From positions 39,680,001 to 39,744,000 of the forward strand of contig OZ024751.1 of assembly GCA_964016885.1 (NCBI GenBank): DNA of 64,000 nt, in the 5' to 3' direction. Below the pieces are notes generated by a model, which was not told the DNA's origin, made no database searches, and saw only the letters and a program-made list of their open reading frames with translations. The number at the start of each line of letters is the position of its first letter. Positions within the stretch are counted from its first letter, which is position 1. The translations under genes and the position numbers were made by a program. Origin of the DNA: Eledone cirrhosa. Lineage: Eukaryota. Positions 16,115-28,638 of the stretch are shown here, one piece after another.

Positions 16115-16295
16115 ATAATTGTTTATACTTTTGGCACAAGGCCAGCAATTACGCAGTGCATTACTGGTACTTTATTTTATCGACCCCGTAAGGATGAAAG
16201 GCAAAGTTAACCTCGACGGGATTTGAACTCGGACTGTAAAGGGACGTAAATATGCTGGAAAGCATGGCGTCTGACCCTCTACCAATACTGCCAAT
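16115..16295 (-). mobile_element. tRNA-derived SINE (main family)
   Basis: Reverse complement of the 16690-16876 type. Confidence 0.9.
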
Positions 16296-16473
16296 GGAAT
16301 TTTAGTTGCTTTTTTTTATACCTGCCTATGATTTTCAAACAATCTTGAAAATAATGGAGAATTTAATAATATAACATTCTCATTATTAAGCTAGTGTTTC
16401 TCAGCAAGAATAATTATGATGGAACCAACATAGCGGATACGTTAATACATTCGTGAATTTTAAATCGAATAAT

Positions 16474-16662
16474 AATAATTGTTTCTACTTTTGGCACAAG
16501 GCCAGCAATTATTCCAGTGCATTACTGGTACTTTATTTTATTGACCCCGTAAGGAAGAAAGGCGAAGTTCCTCGGCTGGATTTGAACCAGAACGTAAAGG
16601 GCCATAAATCTATGCTGTAAAGCATGGTGTCTGACGCTCTACCGATGCTGCCAATTCACCGC
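16474..16662 (-). mobile_element. tRNA-derived SINE (main family)
   Basis: Full length, head-to-head with the next copy. Confidence 0.9.
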
Positions 16663-16689
16663 CCTATAATAATATTATAGTAACATTGG

Positions 16690-16876
16690 TGGATTGGCAG
16701 TATCGGTAGAGGGTCGGACGCCATGCTTTGCAGCAAAGAGTTACGGCCCTTTATGATCTGAGTTCAAATCCCGCCGTGGTTTACTTTGCCTTTCATCCTT
16801 ACGGGGTCGATAAAATAAAGTATCAGTAATACACTGGGTAATTGCTGGCCTTGTGCCAAAAGTAGAAACAATTATT
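16690..16876 (+). mobile_element. tRNA-derived SINE, full-length reference copy (central domain resembles the Meta/MESC type)
   Basis: A box TGGCAGTATCGG, B box GAGTTCAAATC, central gcctttcatccttacggggtcgataaaataaagta, and an ATT tail. The domain assignment is from memory. Confidence 0.9.
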
Positions 16877-17257
16877 ATCATTCGATATAAAACTTACGAA
16901 TGCATGATGGAAGGTTTTTAGGTAAATATAAATGTTTTAACACGGTTTTGCATCATAACACCAAGGGCAACTTCAAGAGGTTTGCTTTCAAAAGGGAAAG
17001 GTCAAAGCATATAGAATTTGACGCATTTGGTATAAATTGGTTTCATATTTTTTGAAAATATCCACTGCACTCCCTTCGTGTGAAAAGGGGATTTATAGGC
17101 TTCAGTTGTTGCTGTTGTTGTTAGTGCTGTTGTTGTTGCTGTTGATATTGTCGTTGTTTCTGTTTGATACTTTTGTTGCTGTTGTTGTTGCTTGTGCTGG
17201 CATTGCTGTTGTTGTGACTGTCGATAATGTTGTTGCTTTTGTTGGTGCTGTACATAC

Positions 17258-17467
17258 TGGCAGCATCGGTAGAGCGTCGGACACAATGTTTTGCAGCATA
17301 TGGTTATGGCTCTTTGCGGTTGGAGTTCAAATCCCGTCCAGGTTAGCTTTGTCTTTCGTCCTTACGAGGTCGATAACATAAAGTACCTGTAACGTACTGG
17401 GGTCGATTTAAACGACTTTCCCCTCCTCCCAAAATTGCTGACCTTGTTCCTAAACCAGAAACCATTA
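17258..17467 (+). mobile_element. tRNA-derived SINE, longer and older subfamily
   Basis: Same head and core with an extra gggtcgatttaaacgac...ccctc segment before the tail. Confidence 0.85.
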
Positions 17468-18005
17468 ATTTCACTTATTATTGCACCACTGACGTGGAAT
17501 ATGATGAAATATGGTACATATTTTTTTATCGTTACTAAGATATTCGTTGACGTTTCTTCGATTCTTTTTTTTTAATTATTGTGTTTATTTTACGCTCTGT
17601 CATCGGATGCAAAAGGAAGCTACATGCTAAGAAGAGCTTTGATATATTACACGTTTACTAACTGTTACTCGTGGGGGTCTGTTATGAAAAAGAAAGCTGT
17701 ATATGGTGTTATTGGTTTACTGAACGTGATCACGTTACACACGATAGCCAACTGGAATAAAATTTAAAAGAATAATAATAAAGACAAATAAAGACTCTTC
17801 CTGCAAGAAAAAATATTCTCACAGTCTCACAATCACGGTTTTAAAATTTAAAACTTTCCACCTCCTCGACTTCTACATATAAGCAATGTGTCTACTTAGT
17901 AGTTATTTTCTTCATGTTAATACACACACATACACACACTTACACACACATTCCCACACTCGCCTACACAAACTCACACATACACTCATACACACACTCC
18001 CCCAT

Positions 18006-18055
<50 letters not shown>

Positions 18056-18058
<3 letters not shown>

Positions 18059-18217
18059 AACCAGTAAGACCCCGACAGCTGAGCTCAAGCCGTTTCGAAA
18101 CGGCTTGAGCTCAGCTGTCGGGGTCTTACTGGTTCCTATTACCCACTCTACTACCTCAAGTATTGAGTACTTTGGTGCGTTATGGTCCACCTGGTTCCTT
18201 ACCACATTTCCTTCGTT
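18056..18217 (+). mobile_element. Fold-back family A element
   Basis: Perfect palindrome centred on TTTCGAAA (about 18093-18100), then the family A tail. TA on both sides. Confidence 0.85.
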
Positions 18218-18234
18218 ATATATATATATATATA

Positions 18235-18371
18235 GGTCTGGAACTAGCTGTTGAAACGGCAAGAGCTCAGCTGTCGGGACTCGATTCTTTATAATATAAC
18301 CATATTCTACTATCCCAAGTATCGAGGACTCTGTTTAGTAATGGTCTAACCACTTTCAAACTGCATCCATC

Positions 18372-18374
<3 letters not shown>
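18235..18374 (+). mobile_element. Diverged family A relative without inversion
   Basis: gaaacggcaagagctcagctgtcggg and ctactatcccaagtatcgag match family A. Confidence 0.6.
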
Positions 18375-18434
<60 letters not shown>

Positions 18435-18480
18435 TTATATATATATATATTTATATATATATATATATATATATTTATAC

Positions 18481-18516
<36 letters not shown>

Positions 18517-18524
18517 TTGTATGT

Positions 18525-18722
18525 AAAAGGTAAACAGAAATAACAACAGAATCGGTACAGTATATGAAAGGAATATATTAGGTTAACGCTTGATATAGCA
18601 GCAAGAGGGTGTTAACGTTTCGGATGCTAGTCCTTCATCAGAAGAAAGAATGAGAAAGAAGATAGATTGAGGGGACGGGTGGAAAAAATGTCTTTAGATA
18701 AAAATAACAGGTCCATTCATGT
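18525..18722 (-). mobile_element. PLE pLTR-like fragment with hammerhead core
   Basis: The minus strand at 18614-18641 reads CTGATGA-aGGActagcaTCC-GAAA-CG-TT. A second copy is at 21058-21426. Confidence 0.7.
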
Positions 18723-18777
18723 TATATATATAATATATATATATATATGTGTGTGTGTATATATATATATATAAATG

Positions 18778-18849
<72 letters not shown>

Positions 18850-19288
18850 CGAAACGACCGGAGCTCAGCCGAATCAACCGCAGCAACAGTAGCAGCAGGA
18901 TCAACAACAACAACAACAACAATTGCAGCATCAGCAGTATTAATAGGACGCTTCTTTAAATAACAATGGCGAATTTCTTCTTCTTCATCTCGTTTCTTCT
19001 TGTTTTAAGTGCCGAAACACATCCTATAGTTGATTGTCATGAAACAAAAAGTAATTTAAAGTCTGATAATCGAATTCTAGTTTTTAGGAAAGAAAGAGTT
19101 TGGAAAAGTCTTTCGACACATGCAAGGTTCCGATCAATTCCACTTAGCTTACAAATACCGCCACCAACTTTTACAACACGTTTCCGCTTTTCGTTTAGTT
19201 TTGTTTTGTTGTATATTTTTTTCGTTTAGTTTTATTTTTTATTTTTATTTTTTTTCGTTTTTTTGTTGTTGTTGGTTTTGTTTTTGTC

Positions 19289-19290
19289 AG

Positions 19291-19358
<68 letters not shown>

Positions 19359-19893
19359 GGTGGTGGTGGTGGTGGTGGTGGTGGTGGTGGTGGTGGTGGT
19401 GGTGGTGGTAGTGGTGGCGGTGGTGGTGGTGGTGGTGGTGGTGGTGGTGGTGGTAGTGGTGGCGGTGGTGGTGGTGTTGGTGTCGGTTTATTGCTTTTTT
19501 GCTGGATTTATTTGTCGATAGTTTCTCCTCCTCCTCCTCTTCCTCATCATTCATCACCATCGTCATCATCGTCATCATCATCATCATCATCGTCATCATC
19601 GTCATCATCGTCATCGTCGTCATCATCATTATCATCATCATCGTCGTCATCATCATTATCATCATCGTCATCGTCATCAACGTCATCATCGTCATCATCA
19701 TCATCATCACCATCGTCATCGTCGTCATCATCATCATCATCATCATCGTCGTCGTCGTCGTCATCATCATCATCATCGTCGTCGTCGTCGTCATCATCAT
19801 CACCATCATCACCACCGTCATCATCGTCAGCATCATCATCATCATCATCATCATCATCAGCATCAGCATCATCATCGTCCTCATCCTCATCCT
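19289..19893. repeat. Compound trinucleotide microsatellites (GTT)n-(GGT)n and (TCA/TCG)n
   Basis: Direct reading of the sequence. Confidence 0.95.
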
Positions 19894-20828
19894 CTTCAAG
19901 CTTATCATGGTGTAAGTTTATTTCAATGGAGTTTCTTCAGGTGATTGTTTTCACAAGCGGTGACCAGCCGCAGGTATATGTACTTTAGGATAATGCAATC
20001 CAAGCATTACTTCGGTCGGTTATAGCACCGAGCTCTCGCTTTCTCAGCCAACCCAATTTGATGGAACCTGTGCTGCGACGGGGACACATGGGAGAGAGTT
20101 TGGCCGACAGAGGTGATAAACACAACCTATTTGAGCTATTTTGTAGGCCAGCTAGGCCAACAGGAGCTCAACCCACTATCCAGCTCAGGTATACTGACCC
20201 TCGGCACCTCAGGATGAGTGCAATGACTATAATGAGTTGTAACATTTTCGCTGGAGTTATAATGTCTCTATGATCAGTGTCAATGATGTTATATTTTTCC
20301 CACGGTTTTAGACTGTTTGGGATTGAGTTCAGGCTTTTAGTTCTACGTGCTAGGAGTGTTAATATAATCAGCATATCAACGGATTGAAGACTTGTTACTT
20401 GAGAAGCACTTAAAAAAGTCTAAGGCGATGAAATGGTTTGGGATTATCAATTGTTCATCGAATGTAACTGAGACTTGTGTATTCGTTTCTTCAAAATTAA
20501 ATTTAAAAATATTTCCTATTAGTGAAAGTCAATGACGCCACGTTTCTACACCTATGGTTACAGAAGTAATGAATGCTCCGATATATAAATTACTGTGTGG
20601 CTTACATTCAGAATTGTTTTTTTTTTCAATGCACTTACTCAATACATTTCATCGTAAAGTGCATGAAAGCCACAACATCAATCTCTATAATCTATCTAGT
20701 CCTCTACCTATAAAGAGTCGCGTCCCTTCATCTTGATTGTGCCTTGGGCTGATCGATATCGAAACAACTGTAGTTAATATGCCAATATACTTTGTACATA
20801 TGCTGCAATACTTACTTCAATTCTTCTT

Positions 20829-20945
<117 letters not shown>

Positions 20946-20961
20946 GTATGTGTGTGTGTGT

Positions 20962-21057
<96 letters not shown>

Positions 21058-21077
21058 AAAAGGTAAACAGAAATAAC

Positions 21078-21277
21078 NNNNNNNNNNNNNNNNNNNNNNN
21101 NNNNNNNNNNNNNNNNNNNNNNNNNNNNNNNNNNNNNNNNNNNNNNNNNNNNNNNNNNNNNNNNNNNNNNNNNNNNNNNNNNNNNNNNNNNNNNNNNNNN
21201 NNNNNNNNNNNNNNNNNNNNNNNNNNNNNNNNNNNNNNNNNNNNNNNNNNNNNNNNNNNNNNNNNNNNNNNNNNNNN
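21078..21277. other. Assembly gap (200 N)
   Basis: Run of N; both flanks carry aaacagaaataac. Confidence 0.99.
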
Positions 21278-21352
21278 AAACAGAAATAACCTCACAATCG
21301 GTACAGTATATGGAAGGGATATATTAGGTTAACGCTTGATATAGCAGGAAGA

Positions 21353-21392
21353 GGGTCTTAACGTTTCGGACGCTAGTCCTTCATCAGAAGAA
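21353..21392 (-). ncRNA. Minimal hammerhead motif in a PLE pLTR-like fragment (21058-21426)
   Basis: tctt-CTGATGA-aGGAC-tagc-GTCC-GAAA-CG-TT-aaga. Stem I is tctt/aaga, with palindromic AACGTT. Confidence 0.7.
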
Positions 21393-21431
21393 AGAATGAG
21401 AAATAAGATAAATTGAGGGGACGGGCATAAA

Positions 21432-21469
<38 letters not shown>

Positions 21470-21474
<5 letters not shown>

Positions 21475-21666
21475 ATATTAAATAAATGGAAACTATATTT
21501 ATAAAACCATATTTATAAATATGGTTTTATAAATATAAATATAGTTTCCATTTATTTAATATCATTGAATATTTACTCCAGGATTCTGTTGAGTGCTCTA
21601 AATCAGTTATAAACATTTATATTTATATTTGTCGGATTTCCAACAAATTAAATATCCCTTCTACTT
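21470..21666 (+). mobile_element. Short fold-back element, same family as 36494-36947
   Basis: Inverted aaatggaaactatatttataaaaccatattt. The tail tactcca...gttgagtgct...ccaacaaattaaatat is shared with the 36.5-kb copy. Confidence 0.8.
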
Positions 21667-22084
21667 ATATATATATATACACACTTATGTTCTGCCTTTG
21701 TTCTCTAAATATAGTTTTTAAAGAATTATATATATATATATATAAGTATAAATTCAGCGAGAATCGCATTTCGGCGAGTAGAAAAAGCGAAACGTAACGT
21801 AAATTCCGAGTCATGGTGGCAAGCGCTCCATGGGCTAAAAAAGACCCGAGCAATAAACATAGGTTATAAAGGCCATACAAACTGAGAACGCGGCCAAGAA
21901 GCCATTAACCACCTAAGCCCCAAAACAAGTCAAGCTAAACAGGTCAGACAAAATAAATGACATAATCATATATATACATATATATAACAAACCTGGATCC
22001 CAATAATACTGTCTACTTAAAACAATAAGCTTTTGGTATAATGATCGAACGAGGAATATCACGTTAATATATATATATATATAT

Positions 22085-22289
22085 AACGGAGGAAATGTGG
22101 CAAGGAACCAGGTGGACCATAACGCACCGAAGTACTGAATACTTAGGGTAGTAGAGTGGGTAATAGGAACGAGTAGGACCCCGACGGCTGAGCTCAAGCC
22201 GTTTCGACGGCTAATTCTGGACTAAATTGATTTAGTCCAGAATTAGCCGTCGAAACGGCTTGAGCTCAGCCGTCGGGACCCTACTCGTT

Positions 22290-22292
<3 letters not shown>
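22085..22292 (-). mobile_element. Fold-back family A element (longest palindrome)
   Basis: Tail 22085-22162. Palindrome 22163-22294 centred at ctaaa-ttga-tttag. Confidence 0.85.
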
Positions 22293-22355
<63 letters not shown>

Positions 22356-22652
22356 TGTATACTAAAAATGACAGTCAAATCATTATTTATATAAACAGAT
22401 TTTTTGCTTCCCTCTGAAACGCCGTTCTTTTATCCACCAGCGATTAGTCTTTATCAGTCGTCTGTCATTTAGGCGCCTTTCCAGAAATATGTTTATCCGT
22501 AGGTTATCTAAATATACATCTTGATTGATTTAAGCCCGATATCTTTTAACTTCGTCCTTGGTCACACTTGTTTTATTTATTTAGTTTTAAGACAAACATG
22601 AAGCAGAACTGCTCATTTAATTTCTCATACAGTGTGTGTGTGATTGATTGTA

Positions 22653-22772
22653 ATGGCACATGGCTTAGTGGTTCGAGCATTGTGCTCATAATCGTGAGGT
22701 TATCACTTAGATTCCCGCATCAGATGTCTTGTGTCCTGAAGTAAGTCACTTTATTTCACGTTGCTCAAGTTT
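22653..22772 (+). mobile_element. Second tRNA-derived SINE family (CORE-like), degraded
   Basis: tggcttagtggtt head followed by gtgtcc...aagtcactttatttcacgttgctc. A minus-strand relative is at 56550-56665. Confidence 0.6.
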
Positions 22773-23234
22773 AATGATGTTGAATTAGTGGAATCGTTAG
22801 AATATCAAACGAAAACATGCTTTGTGGCATTTTCCCAACTGTTTATGTTCTGAGTTCAAATCCCACCGAGTGGATTATGTTGATCCCTTGTTTGGAAAGG
22901 GAAAGAACAAAGTTGATCAACGATCAAGCAAGGGATCAACATAATCCACTTTTTTCTAAGCTGAACAAAATGCTGACCTTGTTCCTAAATTAGAAACCAT
23001 TATGTATTATTTGCCTGCGTGTTTACAATTTAACGTGCTAAGAAAAAGTTGAAAATATAATCTACACTTATCTCTCTCAGTCTAGTAGTATTAAAACACT
23101 AACAACTTTATGTAGGTCACGCCTGATTCATTACTTTCACACGACATTTATAAAACTGAATTTTAATTTTATATTTTTTCTTTTCCTTTCCTTCTGTAAA
23201 CAGAAAAACTTTAGAATACAATTTCACTCAGGAA

Positions 23235-23610
23235 TTGGAACCAGCCGTGGCTTTTTTAATGCGCTTTCTCCACGATGGCCAGGGTCACTGTGGCCTTTTA
23301 ATGGGCTTTCTCCACAAATGTCCCTCCGAAGTCTCCCCCCTATTGGGGAATTTTTCATTCTTTCATTTTTGTTACATCCACTGTTTTTGTTTTTTTACAC
23401 GCAGAAATGCCCATTTGTACCGTCCTGTGTTGTTCTGTACTGTCCTTAATGTCTTACTTTGTGTAAACCCTTGTGGTTAATAAATAAAGAAATCATTATT
23501 TCAACCTCTGTTTTTTTTACACGCAGAAATGCCCATTTGTACCGTCCTGTATTGTCCTGTACTGTCCTTAATGTCTACTTTATGTAAACCCTTGTGCTTA
23601 ATAAAGAAAA

Positions 23611-23612
<2 letters not shown>
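23235..23612 (+). mobile_element. Probable Tx1-like LINE 3' UTR, with the last about 110 bp tandemly duplicated, ending in (ATT)n
   Basis: Repeats at 23380-23497 and 23508-23612. The end cccttgtggttaataaataaagaaat resembles the Tx1 end ccctcgtggcaaataaatagaaat at 34115-34138. Confidence 0.55.
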
Positions 23613-23659
<47 letters not shown>

Positions 23660-23819
23660 GTATTTTGTCGAGAAACTAGTGTCTGTCGTTTATTATGTTT
23701 GTGTGGTATAAAGGGCCAGTGAGTAGGGCCGTCGGGAAACAGTTAAAAACATTTAGTGCACATGCACAGCATCTAGGGCATATCATTGTAGTTAGAACTT
23801 CTGTTTAAGATATACAACA

Positions 23820-24512
23820 ACGTGGTGGGTACCGTGGTACAGGCAGTGGTGGTGTCGGGGTGATGGTGGTGGTGATGGTGGTGGTGGTGGGTTGTTGTTG
23901 GTGGTGGTGGTGATGGTGGTGGTGGTGGTGATGGTGGTGGTGGTGGTGGTAGTGGTGGTGGTGGGTAACGCGGTACAGGCAGTGGTGGTGTCGGGGTGGT
24001 GGTGGTGGTGATGGTGGTGGTGGGGTTGTTGTTGGTGGTGGTGGTGATGATGGTGGTGGTGGTGGTGGTAGTGGTGGTGGGTAACGTGGTACAGGCAGTG
24101 GTGGTGTCGGGGTGATGGTGGTGGTGTGGTGGTGGTGCTAGTAGTGGTGGTGGTGGTGGTGGTAGTAGTGGTGGCGGTGGTGGTGGCGGTGTGGTGGTGT
24201 GGTGGTGGTGGTGGTGTAGTAGTGGTGGTGGTGGTTGTGGTGGTGGTGGTCGTCGTCGTGTAGTGGTGGTGGTGGTGGTGGTGGTGGTGGTGGTGGTAGT
24301 GGTGGTAGTGGTGGTGATGTTGGTGGTGTGATGGTGGTGGTGGTGGTGTGATGGTGGTGGTGGTGATAACGATGGTGATGATCATCTTGATGAGGGGGAT
24401 GATTACGATGCTGCTGCTAATGATGATGATGATGATGATGAGGAGGAGGAGGAGGAGGAGGAGGAGGAGGAGGAGGAGGAGGAGGAGGAAGAGGAGGAGG
24501 AGGAGGAGGAGG
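23820..24512. repeat. (GGT)n field with three copies of a 35-bp motif, then (GAT)n/(GGA)n
   Basis: gtgggta(c/a)cg(t/c)ggtacaggcagtggtggtgtcgggg occurs at about 23825, 23961 and 24077. Confidence 0.9.
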
Positions 24513-24662
24513 TCAACTCAGCATTATGAATGAAAGGAAATAGCCGTCAATTCTACAGTCTGACAGTCCTACAGCGTCTCTATGTGATGTAACGAGAGAG
24601 GAAATAGCTGGGTTGTCTCTGATATATGACTTACAACTCAGAGTTACACATTCAAATCTCTG

Positions 24663-24830
24663 GTGGATTGGCAGTAGAATCGGTAGAGCGTCGGATAACA
24701 TGCTTTGTGGCATATAGTTACGTCGCGTTACCTTCTGAGTTCAAATCCCATCGTAGTTGACTTTGCATTTCATCCTTACGAAGTCGATAAAATAAAGTAC
24801 CAGTAATTCAATAGGGTTGATTTAATAGAC
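24663..24830 (+). mobile_element. tRNA-derived SINE
   Basis: A and B boxes and the central domain as in the main family. A degraded minus-strand copy follows at about 24912-25115. Confidence 0.85.
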
Positions 24831-25169
24831 CCCCCCCCCCACACACACACACACCACCACCACCACCACCACCACACCTGTTTTCTCTGAGAATAACTGG
24901 AAGTAAAGTAATATTTTCGGCACAAGGTCAGCAATTTGGGGACAGGGTGAACGCGATGATAGCGAACCTATATATCACTTGTACTTTATTTTTATTGACC
25001 CCAGAATGATAAGTATTTCTTCCCCGAGATATGAACACAAAACATAAAGAACCGCAACTAAATACTCCTGGAAAACATTTTGCTTATCACTTTCTTGCTT
25101 CTACCTATACGCCAATTATTATTTCCACAAAATGTTATTGCTCGTCACAGACGCACAAGATAGCATTAA

Positions 25170-26280
25170 AAAGGCAGAAAGATGTCATATTTTAAAAACA
25201 ACAGATATTGTGTAATTATTCCAAAGGAAAATTTCTCCCGAGATTTTTCTTATTCCGAGCCAGGTATGACACGCTTTTCAAACAATAAAGGTGTTAGTTT
25301 TTGAAAATGAAAGTAATTTTTCTGTGAATATTTTAAGACAACAATGTTTACACACAATGTCTGAAAAAATTAGAGAAAGATTTATTACTTCATTTAATAA
25401 ACTACTTTCTCTCTGAATATTTTAAGATATAATAATGTTGCGCTATACGTTAAATTTTACGGAATATTTCATTTGTATTGAATTTTTGTAAAAAATCTTA
25501 ATCTTTTCGTTATTTCTGTTTAGCCTTTTTTTTATGAAATTCGTAGAAAGGTGGTAAGTCATGTATTGGAAAGTTGTTGGGGTTTTTGTTTTGTTTTGTT
25601 TTTTATTTTCAGTTTAAATATGATTAGAGTAATATGATGGAATTTAAGTGGTAAACTGTATTAAGACGTCGAGAAGAAGAAGAAGAAGAAGAAGAAGAAG
25701 AAGAAGAAGAAGAAGAAGAAGAAGAAGAAGAAGAAGAAGAAGAAGAAGAAGAAGAAGAAGAAGAAGAAGAAGAAGAAGAAGAAGAAGAAGAAGAATGTGG
25801 TAATGGATTTTGTGGTGGTGGTGGTGGTGGTGGTGGTGAAGAAGGGACACTTAGCTTTAGATGGGATCGTAAGCCGGCCTGACACATGGTGTGTCTTAGG
25901 CATTTTAAAGATGGCGAATCCCATCCCTCTCCAGGATGGAACAATTTGGACATCAATGTAGGGTTCCCCGCTTAATTCCAATAATATTTCACTAATTATA
26001 TTCATTTCCGATAAATTTAATTCATTTATAAATTAAAGACAACGGAAAGAAAGAAAAGAATTCTTTGGTAATACATGTTTCTGCAACTTTTTCTCCAATG
26101 TGTAAACATAGCTATGGCTTGAAATATTCACAGAGAAAATAACATTTCACATCTTAAAGCTAATACGTTCATTGAGCAACGTTTCAAGTGTTACTGGTTA
26201 TAGAAAAATTGTCAGAAGACGGTTCCTTTGGGATAATTAAACAAAAGCTGGAGTTTTCAAAATTGACATGTTCCTTTACT
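25170..26280. mobile_element. Old inverted-repeat (MITE-like) pair enclosing a (GAA)n tract
   Basis: 25170-25338 and 26118-26280 are diverged reverse complements (ttctgtgaatattt vs aaatattcacaga; taattattccaaaggaa vs ttcctttgggataatta). Confidence 0.5.
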
Positions 26281-28145
26281 ATCATTGTCTTGTATGTGTC
26301 AGCAATCGAAAATATCTCACATCATATTAGGTACAAAACAAAAAGAAATGAAAGATGAATGATGTGTAGAATCGATAGAAATACGGTCAGTTAAAATACC
26401 TTCTAGCGGTATTTGTTGTCTCTCTTTAAATTCTGGTTTCAAATTTTATCGATGTCAGCTTTACAATTTACTGCGATCTCTATAAAATAAGCTTCAATTT
26501 TGGTACTAGAATCGCATACTTCGATTACGCCCATTCTCTAAAATGTGCATTTCTATGTAACAAGAAGACCTACAACCGACCAGCTCTCCTGGAAGTTTCT
26601 TACCACCTTCTATCAGTAATTACCTATTTCTCTGAATAAGTTTATTGGATGCAGTATAAATGTAACCCTAAATATTGCCTGTTAAATCGTTCACCTCAAT
26701 ACATCTATCATACATTTAACAGATGTATATCCATTATCTACAAGCAATGATACAACAAATCTTTTTTTTAATGTTTTTCATAGAAAATTACTTGCTATAG
26801 GATAAATCTGGTGCAGTTTCTTTTCTGGGTGGTCTTAGAAACTGGAACTGTAAACAATTTTAATCTTATAAAATAATCATAAGCTAAAGTTCAAAGTACC
26901 AAAAATGGTAATGAAACAATCGTGTCACTTAATTGAAGACGATATATAAGTAAATTAATTAAAGTTATTATATTTACTAACATAAAGTGACACAGTTTTC
27001 TTCATAACAAAGTGAGACAGAATAGGAATGTATTTTGTGTGGTACAGCATGTTGTTTTTACTGTCCTATCTGCACATAAAACGTCCTATTTTTCCTGCAA
27101 CTTAGCAAAGCATCTAGGGATGCAGTGCATATTAAACATCATGTGAGCTGCAATACCCCCCACATGCTTTAAATTCACAAGCACACAGAGATAAAAAGGC
27201 GTCCGTGTGTAGTGATGTATTTACTTATCACGGCGTCCTTGAAGCTAACCAAGGGAAAATGTTGACACAACACTTAAACTGTTCTGCTGAATTTAAAATA
27301 TGATAACAAGACTCAACAACTTTATTTTGCTCCTGGGGTTTGTCATTGGGATATAAAAACAAGGTTGAGACCAGCACAGTCAGTACACGCTTTACGTATT
27401 TAAAGAACTTGTTTATCTCAAAAAAATCCTTGCTATTTAAACTAAATTTCAACTAAGTTCAAAAATCCAAAATGCAAAATGTAAAAGACGCAAAAAAAAG
27501 CAATTTGCAAGTTATTAAGTATTAATCTTTCCGATTGTCATCCATCTTTCAAGATGACAATTGATGTTATATTTGGCGTGTGAGGGAGGTGTGAGGGTGT
27601 GATGGTGGTGTGATGGTGGTGTGTGGTGTGTGATGGTGGTGTGTGGTGTGTGATGGCGTGTGAGGGTGTGATGGTGGTGTGTGGTGTGTGAAGGCGTGTG
27701 TGTTTGTGTTGGTGTGTGGCACGTGTGTGGGTGTGTATATGTGTGTGGGCGTGTTTGTATTGGTGTTTCGGAGATGTGTGGGTGTGTCGTTTGGGTGTGT
27801 TTATGTATGTGTATATGTTTATGTGCGTGCATATACATATGAAGAACATACATGTGTGTGTATGTGTTTATGTACGTTTACATACATATGAAGTATATAT
27901 ATATGTGTGTGTTTATATGTTTATGTGTGTTCATATATATATGAAGTATATATATGTGTGTGTGTGTATGTGTTTATGTGCGTATATATACATATGAAGT
28001 ATATATATAAGATATATATATATATATGTGGTGTTTCCAACACAGACACACACACACACACACTAGTTGACTTCAACCGAATGAAATATTACTAGCATTA
28101 TATATATATATGTATATACATATATATATATATGTGTATATATAA

Positions 28146-28179
<34 letters not shown>

Positions 28180-28638
28180 AAGAGAGAGAGAGAGAGAAAG
28201 AGCACGTATGTATATGTTTATATGTATAGTGCTAATAGCTTCGTGTGAACTTGAAATATTGTCTCAAATCATTCGGAAACAATAAGCAATATTTATTTCG
28301 AAAATAAGACGTATTGAAGATAGAAGATACACTGTCAAATATTTAAATTACACACACACAAACAGACACACACACACATACACCCCCCACACATACACAC
28401 ATATATCTATCTGTCTATCTATCTATCTATCTATCTTGATAGAGTAAGACACGCTTCGCATCGGCTCCGCTATTCCATCGGGATTTACCCTTACTATTGT
28501 AAGTACCGGATAAATTTTTTAGTGCAACACATTTGGAACACTAACCCCTGTTATTTAGGGAAACATTTTTGCATTTACCCCCTTTTTAGGGGGTAAAATA
28601 AATATCTATTTTTGCCGAAAAATTTCTTTCTTGGCAGC

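Noticed and set aside
16690-16780. tRNA genes
   Set aside because: A and B boxes are present but too widely spaced with no cloverleaf, and they are always fused to the SINE body.
19941-19973. Possible 33-nt micro-exon (ttcttcag|...|gtatat)
   Set aside because: Weak donor, and no supporting neighbouring exons or recognisable peptide.
20020-20260. GC-richer segment with a 71-aa ORF
   Set aside because: No recognisable motif. Probably a decayed repeat that I cannot classify.
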